This document shows, piece by piece, positions 1 to 10,205 of a DNA stretch of 64,000 bases. The stretch is from Mytilus edulis (taxonomy: Eukaryota). The stretch is taken from NCBI RefSeq assembly GCF_963676685.1, contig NC_092353.1, positions 26,683,690 through 26,747,689 of the forward strand, read 5' to 3'. Positions within the stretch are counted from its first letter, which is position 1. Every line of letters begins with the position of its first letter. A program made the position numbers and the translations under genes. The notes below the pieces were generated by a model. The model ran no database searches. It saw nothing but the letters and a program-made list of their open reading frames with translations, and was not told the origin of the DNA.

Positions 1-59
1 TAAGGGTGTAACAATAACAATAAGAGCCTATAAAAGATTAATGTAAGCTAATAACATTA

Positions 60-2700
60 AACGACAATTACAATGTTTGCATGGCATTGAACAATTACAA
101 TGTATGTAAAACAGTTAACAATTACAATGTATGTATGGATGTAAACAATTACAATATATGTATGGCAGTAAACAATTACAATGTATGTATGACAGTAAAT
201 AATTACAATATATATATATGGCAGTAAACAATAACAATGTATGTATGTATGGTAGCAAACAATTATAATGTATGTAGGGCAGTAAACAATTACAATATAT
301 GTATGGCAGTAAACAATTATAATGTATGAAGGGCAGTAAACAATTACAATGTATGTAGGGCAGTAAACAATTACAATGTATGTATGTATGGCAGTAAACA
401 CTTATATTGTATGTAGGGTAGTAAACAATTACAATGTATGTATGGCAGCAAACAATTTTAAGGTATGAAGGGCAGTAAACAATTGCAATGTATGTATGGC
501 AGTAAACAATAATTACAATATATATACGGCAGTAAACACTTACAATATATGTATGGCAGTAAACAATTACAATATATGTAGGGCAGTAAACAATTACAAT
601 ATATGTAGGGCAGTAAACAATTACAATGTATGTAGGACAGTAAACAATTACAATGTATATATGTAGGGCAGTAAACAATTACAATATATGAATGGCAGTA
701 AACAATTACAATATATGTATGGCAGTAAACAATTATAATGTATGAAAGGCAGTAAACAATTACAATGTATGTAGGGCAGTAAACAATTACAATGTATGTA
801 TGTATGGCAGTAAACACTTATAATGTATGTATGGCATTAAACAATTACAATGTATGTAAAACAGTTAACAATTACAATGTATGTATGGCAGTAAACAATT
901 ACAATATATATATGGCAGTAAACAATAACAATGTATGTATGTATGGCAGTAAACAATTATAATGTATGTAGAGCAGTAAACAATTATAATATATGTATGG
1001 CAGTAAACAATTATAATGTATGAAAGGCAGTAAACAATTACAATGTATGTAGGGCAGTAAACAATTACAATGTATGTATGTATGGCAGTAAACACTTATA
1101 ATGTATGTATGGCATTAAACAATTACAATGTATGTAAAACAGTTAACAATTACAATGTATGTATGGATGTAAACAATTACAATATATGTATGGCAGTAAA
1201 CAATTACAATGTATGTATGGCAGTAAACAATTACAATATATATATGGCAGTAAACAATAACAATGTATGTATGTATGGCAGTAAACAATTATAATGTATG
1301 TAGAGCAGTAAACAATTACAATATATGTATGGCAGTAAACAATTATAATGTATGAAAGGCAGTAAACAATTACAATGTATGTAGGGCAGTAAACAATTAC
1401 AATGTATGTATGGCAGTAAACAATTATAATGTATGAAGGGCAGTAAACAATTGCAATGTATGTATGGCAGTAAACAATTACAATATATATACGGCAGTAA
1501 ACAATTATAATATATGTAGGGCAGTAAACAATTACAATATATGTAGGGCAGTAAACAATTACAATGTATGTAGGGCAGTAAACAATTACAATGTATGTAT
1601 GTAGGGCAGTAAACAATTACAATATATGAATGGCAGTAAACAATTACAATATATGTATGGTAGTAAACAATTACAATATATGAATGGCAGTAAACAATTA
1701 CAACATATGTATGGCAGTAAACAATTACAATATATGTAGGGCAGTAAACAATTACAATATATGTATGGTAGTAAACAATTACAATATATGAATGGCAGTA
1801 AACAATTACAATATATGTATGGCAGTAAACAATTACAATATATGAATGGCAGTAAACAATTACAATATATGTATGGTAATAAACAATTACAATATATGAA
1901 TGACAGTAAACAATTACAATATATGTAGGGCAGTTAACAATTACAATATATGTAGGGCAGTAAACAATAACAATATATGTATGGCAGTAAACAATTACAA
2001 TATATGAATGGCAGTAAACAATTGCAATATATATATGGCAGTAAACAATTACAATATATGTATGGCAGTAAACAATTACAATATATGTAGGGCAGTAAAC
2101 ATTTACAATATATGTATGGCAGTAAAAAATTACAATATATAAATGGCAGTAAACAATTACAATGTATGTAATGCAGCAAACAACTACAATATATGAATGG
2201 CAGTAAACAATACAATGTATGTATGGCAGTAAACAATTACAATGTATGTAGGGCAGTAATCAATTATAATGTATGTAGGACAGTAAGCAATTACAATATA
2301 TGTATGGCAGTAAAAAATTACAATATATGTATGGTAGTAAACAATTATAATGTATGTAGGACAGTAAACAATTACAATATATATACGGCAGTAAACAATT
2401 ACAATATATGTATGGCAGTAAATAATTACAATGTATGTAGGGCAGTAAACAATTACAATATATGTATGGCAGTAAACAATTACAATATATGTATGGCAGT
2501 AAACAATTACAATATATGTATGGCAGTAAAAAATTACAATTCATGGTATGGCAGTAAACAATTACAATGTATGTATGGCAGTAAACAATTACATTGTATG
2601 TAAGGCAGTAAACAATTACAATATATGTATGGTAGTAAACAATTATAATGTATGTAGGACAGTAAACAATTACAATGTATGTAGGGCAATAAACAATGTT
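60..2700. repeat. Satellite DNA array with a ~27-bp monomer (approx. GGCAGTAAACAATTACAATRTATGTAT) in ~95 head-to-tail copies. It has 4-bp length variants (extra GTAT/ATAT) and a higher-order periodicity.
   Basis: Direct reading: the GCAGTAAACAATTACAAT core recurs every 27-31 bp across 2.6 kb. Marker monomers (GGCATTAAACAATTACAATGTATGTAAAACAGTTAACAATTACAAT) recur at ~85, ~830 and ~1107. The artefactual minus-strand ORFs all begin with the same MFTA(I/L)H(T/I)YIVIVYC... peptide at 401, 678, 817, 1095 and 1616, which reflects HOR blocks. Confidence 0.95.
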
Positions 2701-2714
2701 AGTAAACAGTCAAG

Positions 2715-3285
2715 AAGCCACATTCCAGTAGCACCTGCATATGGTGTATATATCTCCCAATTGGTACTATATTCCCGTTCTTTCTATTTCCTAACATGAT
2801 TTTCTTGATAGAGGGTTGTTGCTCACAAGGAAGCTATTAAATCAAGAGTTTCAAATGGTGTAGTTATAATCATCTCTTCGTAAATTTTACGGACGCCATC
2901 ACGAGTTGGTTGACCGTTATGAATAACCGTTTCACAAATGATATCTAATATGTTCTTAACGTCGTTACTACAATCCCCTTCCCTTTCATAAATGTGACCT
3001 ACCGGATTAGACTATTTGCCGGATTTGTTATCTCATAAGCAACACAACGGGTGCCACATGTGGAGCAGGATCTGCTTACCCTTCCAGATCACCTGAGATC
3101 ACCCCTTGTTTATGGTGGGGTTCGTCTTGTTTATTCTTTAGTTTTCTATGTTGTGTCATGTGTACTATGTTTGTCTGTTTGTCCTTTTCATTTTTAGCCA
3201 TAGGGTTGTCAGGTTTTTTTTTTCGATTTATGAGTTTGACTGTCCCTCTGGTATCTTTCGTCCCTCTTTTACAATATATGTCACT
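2715..3285 (+). mobile_element. 5'-truncated copy of a reverse-transcriptase retroelement (Penelope-like/unclassified), consisting of a C-terminal coding remnant plus a ~230-bp 3' tail. It is inserted into the satellite array.
   Basis: Plus strand 2718-3050 reads ...IPVAPAYGVYISQL... then a frameshifted ...RKLLNQEFQ..SSLRKFYGRHHELVDRY... This is near-identical to the reverse complement of 45084-45360, the C-terminus of the RT-bearing element at 44862-46420. The 3' tail (CACATGTGGAGCAGGATCTGC ... GCCATGGCGTTGTC.GTTTATTTTCGATTTATGAGTTTGACTGTCCCTCTGGTATC..CCCTCTTTT) ends at ~3285. Satellite monomers follow immediately. Confidence 0.6.
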
Positions 3286-3352
3286 TACAATGTATGTATG
3301 GCAGTAAACAATTACAATATATGTATGGCAGTAAACACTTACAATCACTGGA
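3286..3352. repeat. Continuation of the 27-bp satellite on the distal side of the retroelement insertion
   Basis: TTACAATGTATGTATGGCAGTAAACAATTACAATATATGTATGGCAGTAAACACTTACAAT at 3287-3350. Confidence 0.8.
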
Positions 3353-3658
3353 GCAAAGCCTGGTACAGTTCTTAATTAAAGTCAGGGGTTGAGGACGGTT
3401 GGTGTATTTACTTTTGTAGGTATGTTAGTACATGTATCTGTCTAGTATGGTTCGTACATTATGCCTTTACATTCATGATATAGATATAGGAAGATGTTGT
3501 ATGAGTGCCAATGAGACAACTCTCCATCCAAGTATGATATGTGCCTCTATTCATGTTTTTGCGAAGTGTTCACCCAAACAAAGAGCACTATTTTTTGTGT
3601 AAATTAAATGGCAAAATCCACAAAAATAGCAAATATTAACAATTTATTTTATTTTTAG

Positions 3659-3984
3659 ATGAACGAATCCGAAAAGACAACTTTAAAAGCATCGGAACTG
3701 AAATCTATAGCATTTCGAGCAACAAGGGTGATATTCTGGACATTTTTCATTGAATTCATTCTTCACTTCTTATATGTCAATGCATTTCAAAATAATGTGT
3801 CTACTCTAGAAAACATTGACCAGTGGACTTTATGGGGAATTGGATATTGTCAAGGCCATTTCTTTATGATAAAATACTGGGTGTTATTTGGTCTGCCGTC
3901 TGTAGTGGCCAGGATTTGTGGCATTGTTCCACCAGAAGGACCTAATTACGTAGGACATATTTACAAATACTCTGATATGTGGAA
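3659..3984 (+). CDS. MBOAT-family acyltransferase, HHAT-like (hedgehog acyltransferase-like): internal exon; donor GTAAGA at 3985
   Basis: Acceptor TTATTTTTAG at 3649-3658. Peptide ...FILHFLYVNAFQNNVSTLENIDQWTLWGIGYCQGHFFMIKYWVLFGLPSVVARICGIVPPEGPNYVGHIYKYSDMWK. This aligns with the HHAT region ...GLTPP..PRCVSHMFSFTGMWRYFD. Frame continuity with the downstream exons is verified (phase 2 end). Confidence 0.7.
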
Positions 3985-4642
3985 GTAAGAAATTAGGTTT
4001 TTATATTTTTGGGGGATGAGATTAATTCAACACTTGAATGTAAGCCGTTTGTGTATCAATCGGTATGTTGTTTATATTTTGTACCTACTTTTCAACAAAT
4101 TGATTGATTAATTAAAAGAAAGTGAAAGAGTATATTAGAAGCTTCATCGTTTGTTTTATGCAAGATTTAAGACAACTATTTTCTACATTCTGTTGATTAG
4201 ACTTGTAAAAACTGGTTATACAAAATTGTAAAATAATCATCCCTTATTACTTTTTCATTCCATTTTCATAAAAAGCTATGAGTTTACCCTTATTCGTATT
4301 GTTCACTCTACATATCTAGATCCGCTAACGGGTGTCAAAAAGAACATGTTGCAATTCATTGAAACAGAGGAATAATAATTTGAATAAAGTAATTCCAGGA
4401 TATTTTATGAGGTAGTGATGATTGACACACACATTAAGGAATTAAACCTTAGAAAACAGCATAGAAATAAAAGGACATATATATTTGTATATCAAAGTTA
4501 AAAAAAAAAGAAACCATCATTTTTATAAAGTGAATAATAATAGCTTAGATAAAATTCGGTTCTCGCAGCATCTTTTATCTATTGATTTTGATTTTACCAG
4601 AATTTTTGACTTTATTTTAGGCAATACATTTTGTATTTGTAG

Positions 4643-4678
4643 GTGCTTTGACAGAGGGATGTACAATTTTATCAAAAG
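4643..4678 (+). CDS. HHAT-like acyltransferase: 36-nt micro-exon encoding (K)CFDRGMYNFIK(R)
   Basis: Acceptor TTGTATTTGTAG|GTGC and donor AAAAG|GTTGGT. The peptide CFDRGMYNFIKR matches the conserved MBOAT/HHAT segment YFDVGLHNFLIRY, which would otherwise be missing between MWK and YIYVPLGGS. Phases are 2 in and 2 out, consistent with the neighbouring exons. Confidence 0.6.
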
Positions 4679-5445
4679 GTTGGTAGGGTAATTCATATAT
4701 ATTTTTTTCTTCATTGAATTATATTTTGGGTATGCGCATTTTAAAACTGGAAAACTAGAAAATGCATTAAACAATAAACGAATGTGACAAAGCAAAATCA
4801 ATGAGACAGATGCACGGACCAACAAAAACAGACGGACTCAAAGCTATATATATCAAAAACAGCACACACGATCTTAAAGCAATGCATAATACTGTCAACA
4901 TAAGCTTCAACTGCTTTCAAATATAAGCGTATCAATCTCAGCATTAGAACTCCACATTTTGGTAGTTGGTCATATCCGATAATATTTCAAATAAGGTAAA
5001 TGAATGTTTAAAATGATAAGAAGCACTGAAGATAAATCTACCATTACTTTGGATACACTGAAATAATCATCGACCGACCTATAACGTCACGTCAATGGTG
5101 TCTACCGTTTTGTAGCAACACTGTTAGTTTAGGATGGATAGAACTCTGATTGGTATACAATAAGAAGATGTGGTACGATCATGACGATTGTCATTGAGAA
5201 AACTAACCAACAGAGTTAAAATGACGTTGAAAGTAACTATATATCACCGTAAGTGGCCTCCAACTCTGAGAACACCCATATTATGTAATTATCTGTAAAA
5301 GGCGACTGAGTACAGTTTTAATATCAAGGGTGTTGGGTTTTGTCTAAAATAAAGTGTCATTATAACAGATATATATTTGTGCTTCTGAGTTCCACTGATA
5401 TATATAACAGTATACACTTAACTATTATTTAACTCATTATTACAG

Positions 5446-5644
5446 GTATATATATGTACCTCTTGGAGGCTCTAAAGGAAATACTTTACAGAGACTAGTG
5501 TGTTCAGCATCCTGTTTTATATTTGTGTTCATTTGGCACGGCACAGAATACTACATATTTATTTGGACATTACTTAACTTTATTGGTATCTCACTAGAAG
5601 TGTTCGGTAACTGGGTAGATAAACAAACTGCTGTGTTTCACTTT
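5446..5644 (+). CDS. HHAT-like acyltransferase: exon carrying the MBOAT catalytic-region motifs YVPLGGS and FIWHG
   Basis: Acceptor CATTATTACAG|G and donor CACTTT|GTAAGT. Peptide (R)YIYVPLGGSKGNTLQRLVCSASCFIFVFIWHGTEYYIFIWTLLNFIGISLEVFGNWVDKQTAVFHF. The YxPLGGS and WHG (invariant His) motifs are the MBOAT hallmarks. Overlaps six-frame ORF 5498-5704. Confidence 0.75.
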
Positions 5645-6016
5645 GTAAGTTCTCAATTTCGTCCTAATACTTCAACACTACCATTTTTGTTTTTAACAAA
5701 TTGAGATTGAAATTGAAAATTGAAGGTAGATTTATTTTTTCTTTTCTAACTAGACTATCATTATTAAAGTTTCTTAAAGAAGTTTAAGAGAAGGTTTTTG
5801 ACACGTTTAAGATATAAGCATCTGGAAATCACCACACGAAATGTACTCGAAAGGTTGTAGACCATTAAATTGAAAAGTTTGTAAACGAGAATATGCTATG
5901 ACTCTGATATATAAGATGTTATATGTAATTTAAATTACTCCTTGACTTGATTATTTTAAGTACACTAATTACCTCGATACAAACACGCAACAATGCAAAT
6001 TTTTATCAATTTTTAG

Positions 6017-6158
6017 AAAACGTCAATGCCCGCTGCCTACAGAAGAATACAGTGCTTTGTTGCAGCACCGATAGCTATTATGTCAATCTTATCTGCTTTC
6101 TGTTTTATTGGAGGGAGCAGTATAGGAAACATTTATTATCAGACTATTATTGTAAAAG
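6017..6158 (+). CDS. HHAT-like acyltransferase: following exon
   Basis: Acceptor TTTTTAG|AAAACG and donor AAAAG|GTAAGC. Peptide KTSMPAAYRRIQCFVAAPIAIMSILSAFCFIGGSSIGNIYYQTIIVK. It matches the HHAT segment ...ARRRFHAALASCSTSMLILSNLVFLGGNEVGKTYWNRIFIQG. Phase 0 in, phase 1 out. Confidence 0.65.
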
Positions 6159-6481
6159 GTAAGCTTCTAATACTTTTTTACTTACCAAATACGAACGAAT
6201 ATGAAAAATTCACAAAGACGCGCTAAATAACTAGAGAAAGACAGTTTTCTGCAATTCATAAATTTTATAACAACACTACGTGACAGGAATATAGTACAAG
6301 CAAACACAATTCTGAACACTCACTACAGAGAAATGCACAAATAAACAATATAATAGTACAAATTAGTAACATGTAAACCGAAGAATAACAACGAACATCA
6401 TTAGTTAACGACAGCAAAACTTTTTTTACTTTCAAATTTAAAACTTATAAGTTATGAAATGAACATTAGAATGCAGTCAAT

Positions 6482-6720
6482 GAAAATGAGACGAAAGATA
6501 CCATAGGGACAGTCACTCAAACTTATAGATCGAAAATAAACTGACAACGACATGGCTAAAAAAGAAAAAGACAAAAAGACAAATAATAGTACACAAGACA
6601 CAACCTAGAAAACTAAAGACTAAGAAACACGAACCCCATCAAAAACTTAGGGTGATCACAGGTGCTCCGGAAGGGTGAGCAGATCCTGTTCCACATGTGG
6701 AACCCGTCGTTTGTTTATCT
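6482..6720 (-). mobile_element. Solo copy of the retroelement 3' tail (same family as 2715-3285 and 44862-46420), SINE-like, minus orientation
   Basis: The reverse complement matches the tail consensus: ...GATAAACAAACGACGGGTTCCACATGTGGAACAGGATCTGCTCACCC...GCCATGTCGTTGTCAGTTTATTTTCGATCTATAAGTTTGAGTGACTGTCCCTATGGTATCTTTCGTC. Confidence 0.55.
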
Positions 6721-7090
6721 TTAATGCCTTTAAACAAATTCAACTTTGTTTTTGTATTTTCGTTCTTTCTTTTCAATCGTTTTCCTGTACTTGATTAAAC
6801 GCTATTTATTTTACTTGTGTTGTGTTTTTTTTATGTAAATTATCTTGTTTTTGTCCCTTCTGTGTAAGGCAACCGTAAAACTGACTGTATCGAATACTAT
6901 TATGACGTATTTGCCATCATAAAACTCTCTTTCTCTTTGATATGATACTGTCTTTGAATTGAATTGAATTTTGAAATCAAATTCAAGGTCTGGGAATAAG
7001 TTTCAATTTAAAACCAAAGTATATTATATATTTTAAATACGTTATGGTCCTCAGATCCGACATTCGTTTTCATTGTGAGGATAATGCTAG

Positions 7091-7296
7091 TAATTCTTAC
7101 TTTCATATCTTTTTTGGGGGGATATCGTTTATTTTTTGAAGGTTTGAGACAGCGACATCTTTGTTTAAAAAAGCTTGTCTTCATTACAGGTTCGATGAAG
7201 TCGTGGTTAACAAACTTGTTTGTCATGTACTGTTGTGTTCATTCAAGTATAGAAATCGACAAATGGTTAGATAGGAAACCGAAAAAAGACTAGGAA
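7091..7296 (+). CDS. Candidate terminal exon of the HHAT-like gene (weak)
   Basis: Acceptor GCTAG|TAATTC gives (V)ILTFISFLGGYRLFFEGLRQRHLCLKK...KKD*, with the stop at 7294-7296. The first ~20 aa resemble the HHAT C-terminus [22 protein letters not shown]. The polypyrimidine tract is poor and the tail is longer than in vertebrate HHAT. Confidence 0.3.
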
Positions 7297-9814
7297 TAGT
7301 TTTATTAACTATAGTATACAAACGCAGAAACTCTGTAAGAACAGGTTCAATCCAAGCGTGTATTACTCGCTAGGTGCTTACATTTAAAGTACATTTCGAT
7401 AAAATACTGTTCATCAATTTTGTACATCCTCTCTTGCATTTATAAATGATATCCAAATTATTGTCTATTTTGTATGATATTTCATAATTATTTGTTAAAA
7501 CCATGATATTATTTGAAGTTAGCATAAATGCACGCAATGAGAGAACAAGGATCCAGTGATACGTATATTCTTGACGACAGATAAAACATAGATTTGCAAA
7601 GTATGCCATCAAAATCATGCAGTGTGTTCCAACTCTAGAAGACAACGGAGATAGCCTTTTTTTTAACGTACGAACGCTATATTTCGTATCGTCTAGTAGA
7701 TTACGTGGACTTGGGCACTGGAAACAGTGCAGGTGGTTTTGCGTCGATGTCAAAAAATCATGGGTTTACAGCTGAGACCATGACACTAGATTTTTAAAAC
7801 CACAAATTTGCCAATCTAGAAAAGTTGAACTAAAATTCAAACAAAGTTTATATATAAACTCATCATAGATACCAGGATTAATTTTATATTTACCCCAGAC
7901 GCGCGTTTCGTCTACAAAAGACTCATCAGTGACGCTCGAATCAAAAAATGTAAAAAGGCCAAACAAAGTACGAAGTTGAAGAGCATTAAGGATAAAAAAT
8001 TCCTAAAAGTTTTGCCAAATACAGCTAAGGTAATCTATTCCTATATATTATAACTACCGCAGTGTAGTTATGATATATAACTTATAATGCTTCCTCTGCC
8101 TCATTTTTAGACTGATATATAACTCAAATTTGACACTAGCGGGAATCAGAATCTATGACAACGAGACAATATTTATTTTAAAACTATTAATTCCCCCCAC
8201 CTTACTATTCCAATTCCATCTGTATATGGGATATACATTTAGTCGTTTATTTGGTATTTGAGAGCTTGCAGCTACTAAAATGCCATCAGTGTCCAAGCAG
8301 AGATTTGATGATCTAGAGTTGTGTCAAAGAACGTATCGTCCTTTTTTTTAAACAATATCATCAGAAGATACTTAACCTTTTTTTCATAAATATTCCGTAT
8401 TAACTTAACAAATATTACATGATAATCTTGAAGTCAAGTACTGATATTCTTTATCGTCCTTATTACGTTTTATAGTGTTTTAAATTGTCTTTGTATATTT
8501 TTTTAAAACTTTTACTGTTTTGTCCAGTTTTGGTAATATGCTTTTTGTCTGGCTCAGTTTTTATACATCCCGACATTTTGTTATTGTGCTATAGTCATTT
8601 TTTTTTGTATTCTTGTCTTTCAAGTTTGCTTATCACGGTACTTATTTATAGAATGAATATGCCATTTTATTTTTCTCCCTTGAAATATAGTTATTTGTTT
8701 TTATAGTGATAAATATTATAACGCACTGTTGACTGGTGTACCCCAAATTTTGACAATTTTACCAATTATGTCTGTTTATTTTGCTCACACATTGCTGTTA
8801 AAATAATGCAGATTTTGCGACTGTCATACAAGTTAGAGGTTTAGCTAGCTAAGCCATAATAATCTACATGAGGAAAAGCCTGTACCAAGTAAAAATATGA
8901 CAGTTGTTTTCCATTCATTTGATGTGTTTGAGCTTTTGACTTTACCATTCGAAGAAGAACTTTCCGTTTTGAATTTTCCTTGGAGTTCGGTAAATATGAA
9001 TATATGAGGGATGACATTACTTTTTTTTTTTTACAACTATTTCTAATCTATTTATCTACTATCATTAAATCCTATCTCTAACATTTATCTCATGATTTTA
9101 TCAGAACCTGATTTACAATATGCATTAGCAAATTTTAATGGACAAGTTTTTTTAATAAGTAATTTTCTTTGACATATCTATGTCTATAAAATGTTTAATA
9201 TCAATGCTTAACATATTTCTTTCTGTCATCTTTTTAACCGTTTAAACTCATTTGTTGTTTTTCAAATCCATTCCATCTTTAATAGTTTTTTTTAATTAAT
9301 TTTCACCAAAGATTAAAAAGCTTTTATTACACACTCAGTCACACTTGGTGTGCTACATTTACTGGATCAAATTATTAACCTATCATGTCTGTTGGAGTTG
9401 CTGACTTAATATGGTTTATATAAATGAAATTTAAACAAATGATGTATAAGCCAGAGTTTCAGTTAGCCATAAAACCAAGTACCTTTAACTTTTTTCTCTG
9501 GCAATACCTGTACAAAAACAGTGATTTCCAATAAAATATCGACTTGTTCAGAATGGTGCAGAAAGAACAAGTACAGTAAGTTTTATCCCTTTTAGAAGTA
9601 AACACGTTTATAGTGGATTGTTATATTTTGACTGAGTGTGCCTTCTTATTGCAGCGGTTACATGTCCAAAGACTGTTTACTCTGTTGACAATATTTTTGT
9701 TCCCTAAATCCCTTCGTTTTTGTTAGTTTTAAATTTGAATTTTCATCTTCTAACTTGATTTATCGGATTTGAACATCAGTAAACTGCGGTTACATTATAC
9801 ATTCAATATAATTT

Positions 9815-10205
9815 TTGATTGAGTTAAGTCGTTCCAATTGATATTTTATAGTGTGTCTTTCTATGTTGTGATGTTATACTACTGTTCTAGAAAAGGTAGA
9901 CGGTTTGGTACCATTAAAACGTTTAATACCGCTGCAATTGTTTGCACCTGTCCTAAGTCAGTTATCTGATGCTCAGTGGTTGTCGTTTGTTTATGTGGTT
10001 CATAAGTGTTACTCGTTTCTCTTTTTTTTTTTTATATATATATATAGATTATATCGTTGGTTTTCCCGTTTAACTTGCTGTTCGGTGTGAGCGTAGACTC
10101 CGTGTTAAAGACCGTACCTAGAACTATAATGGTTTAATTTTATAAATTGTGACTTGGATGGAGAGTTGTTTCATTGTCACTCATACCACATCTTCCTATA
10201 TCTTG
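9815..10205 (+). mobile_element. Interspersed repeat family B (SINE/MITE-like, ~390 bp). Its 3' end is the inverted head of family A.
   Basis: Shares >85% identity over ~390 bp with 37530-37965 and with 56285-56530 (5'-truncated). Landmarks: GGTTTGGTACCATTAAAACGTTTAATACCGCTGCA ... TTGGATGGAGAGTTGTTTCATTGTCACTCATACCACATCTTCC. Confidence 0.6.

Noticed and set aside
57-2603. Long six-frame ORFs on both strands inside the satellite (for example 115-678 at 187 aa and 1143-1616 at 157 aa), with repetitive YIVIVYCPTYI... peptides
   Set aside because: They are artefacts of a stop-free reading frame through a 27-bp tandem repeat. The peptide simply repeats a 9-aa unit and has no start context. They are useful only as a readout of HOR block boundaries.
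60-2700. Possible CRISPR array, given a regular ~27-31-bp periodicity
   Set aside because: All units are variants of the same monomer and abut one another. There are no unique spacers, no leader and no cas genes, and the context is eukaryotic.
7370-7966. Minus-strand ORFs of 127 aa and 66 aa downstream of the HHAT-like gene
   Set aside because: They have no recognisable domain and no splice context. The 66-aa ORF lies in an interspersed repeat (the CGTTTCGTCTACAAAAGACTCATCAGTGAC family, also seen at 18490, 55270 and 63490). They are probably non-coding.
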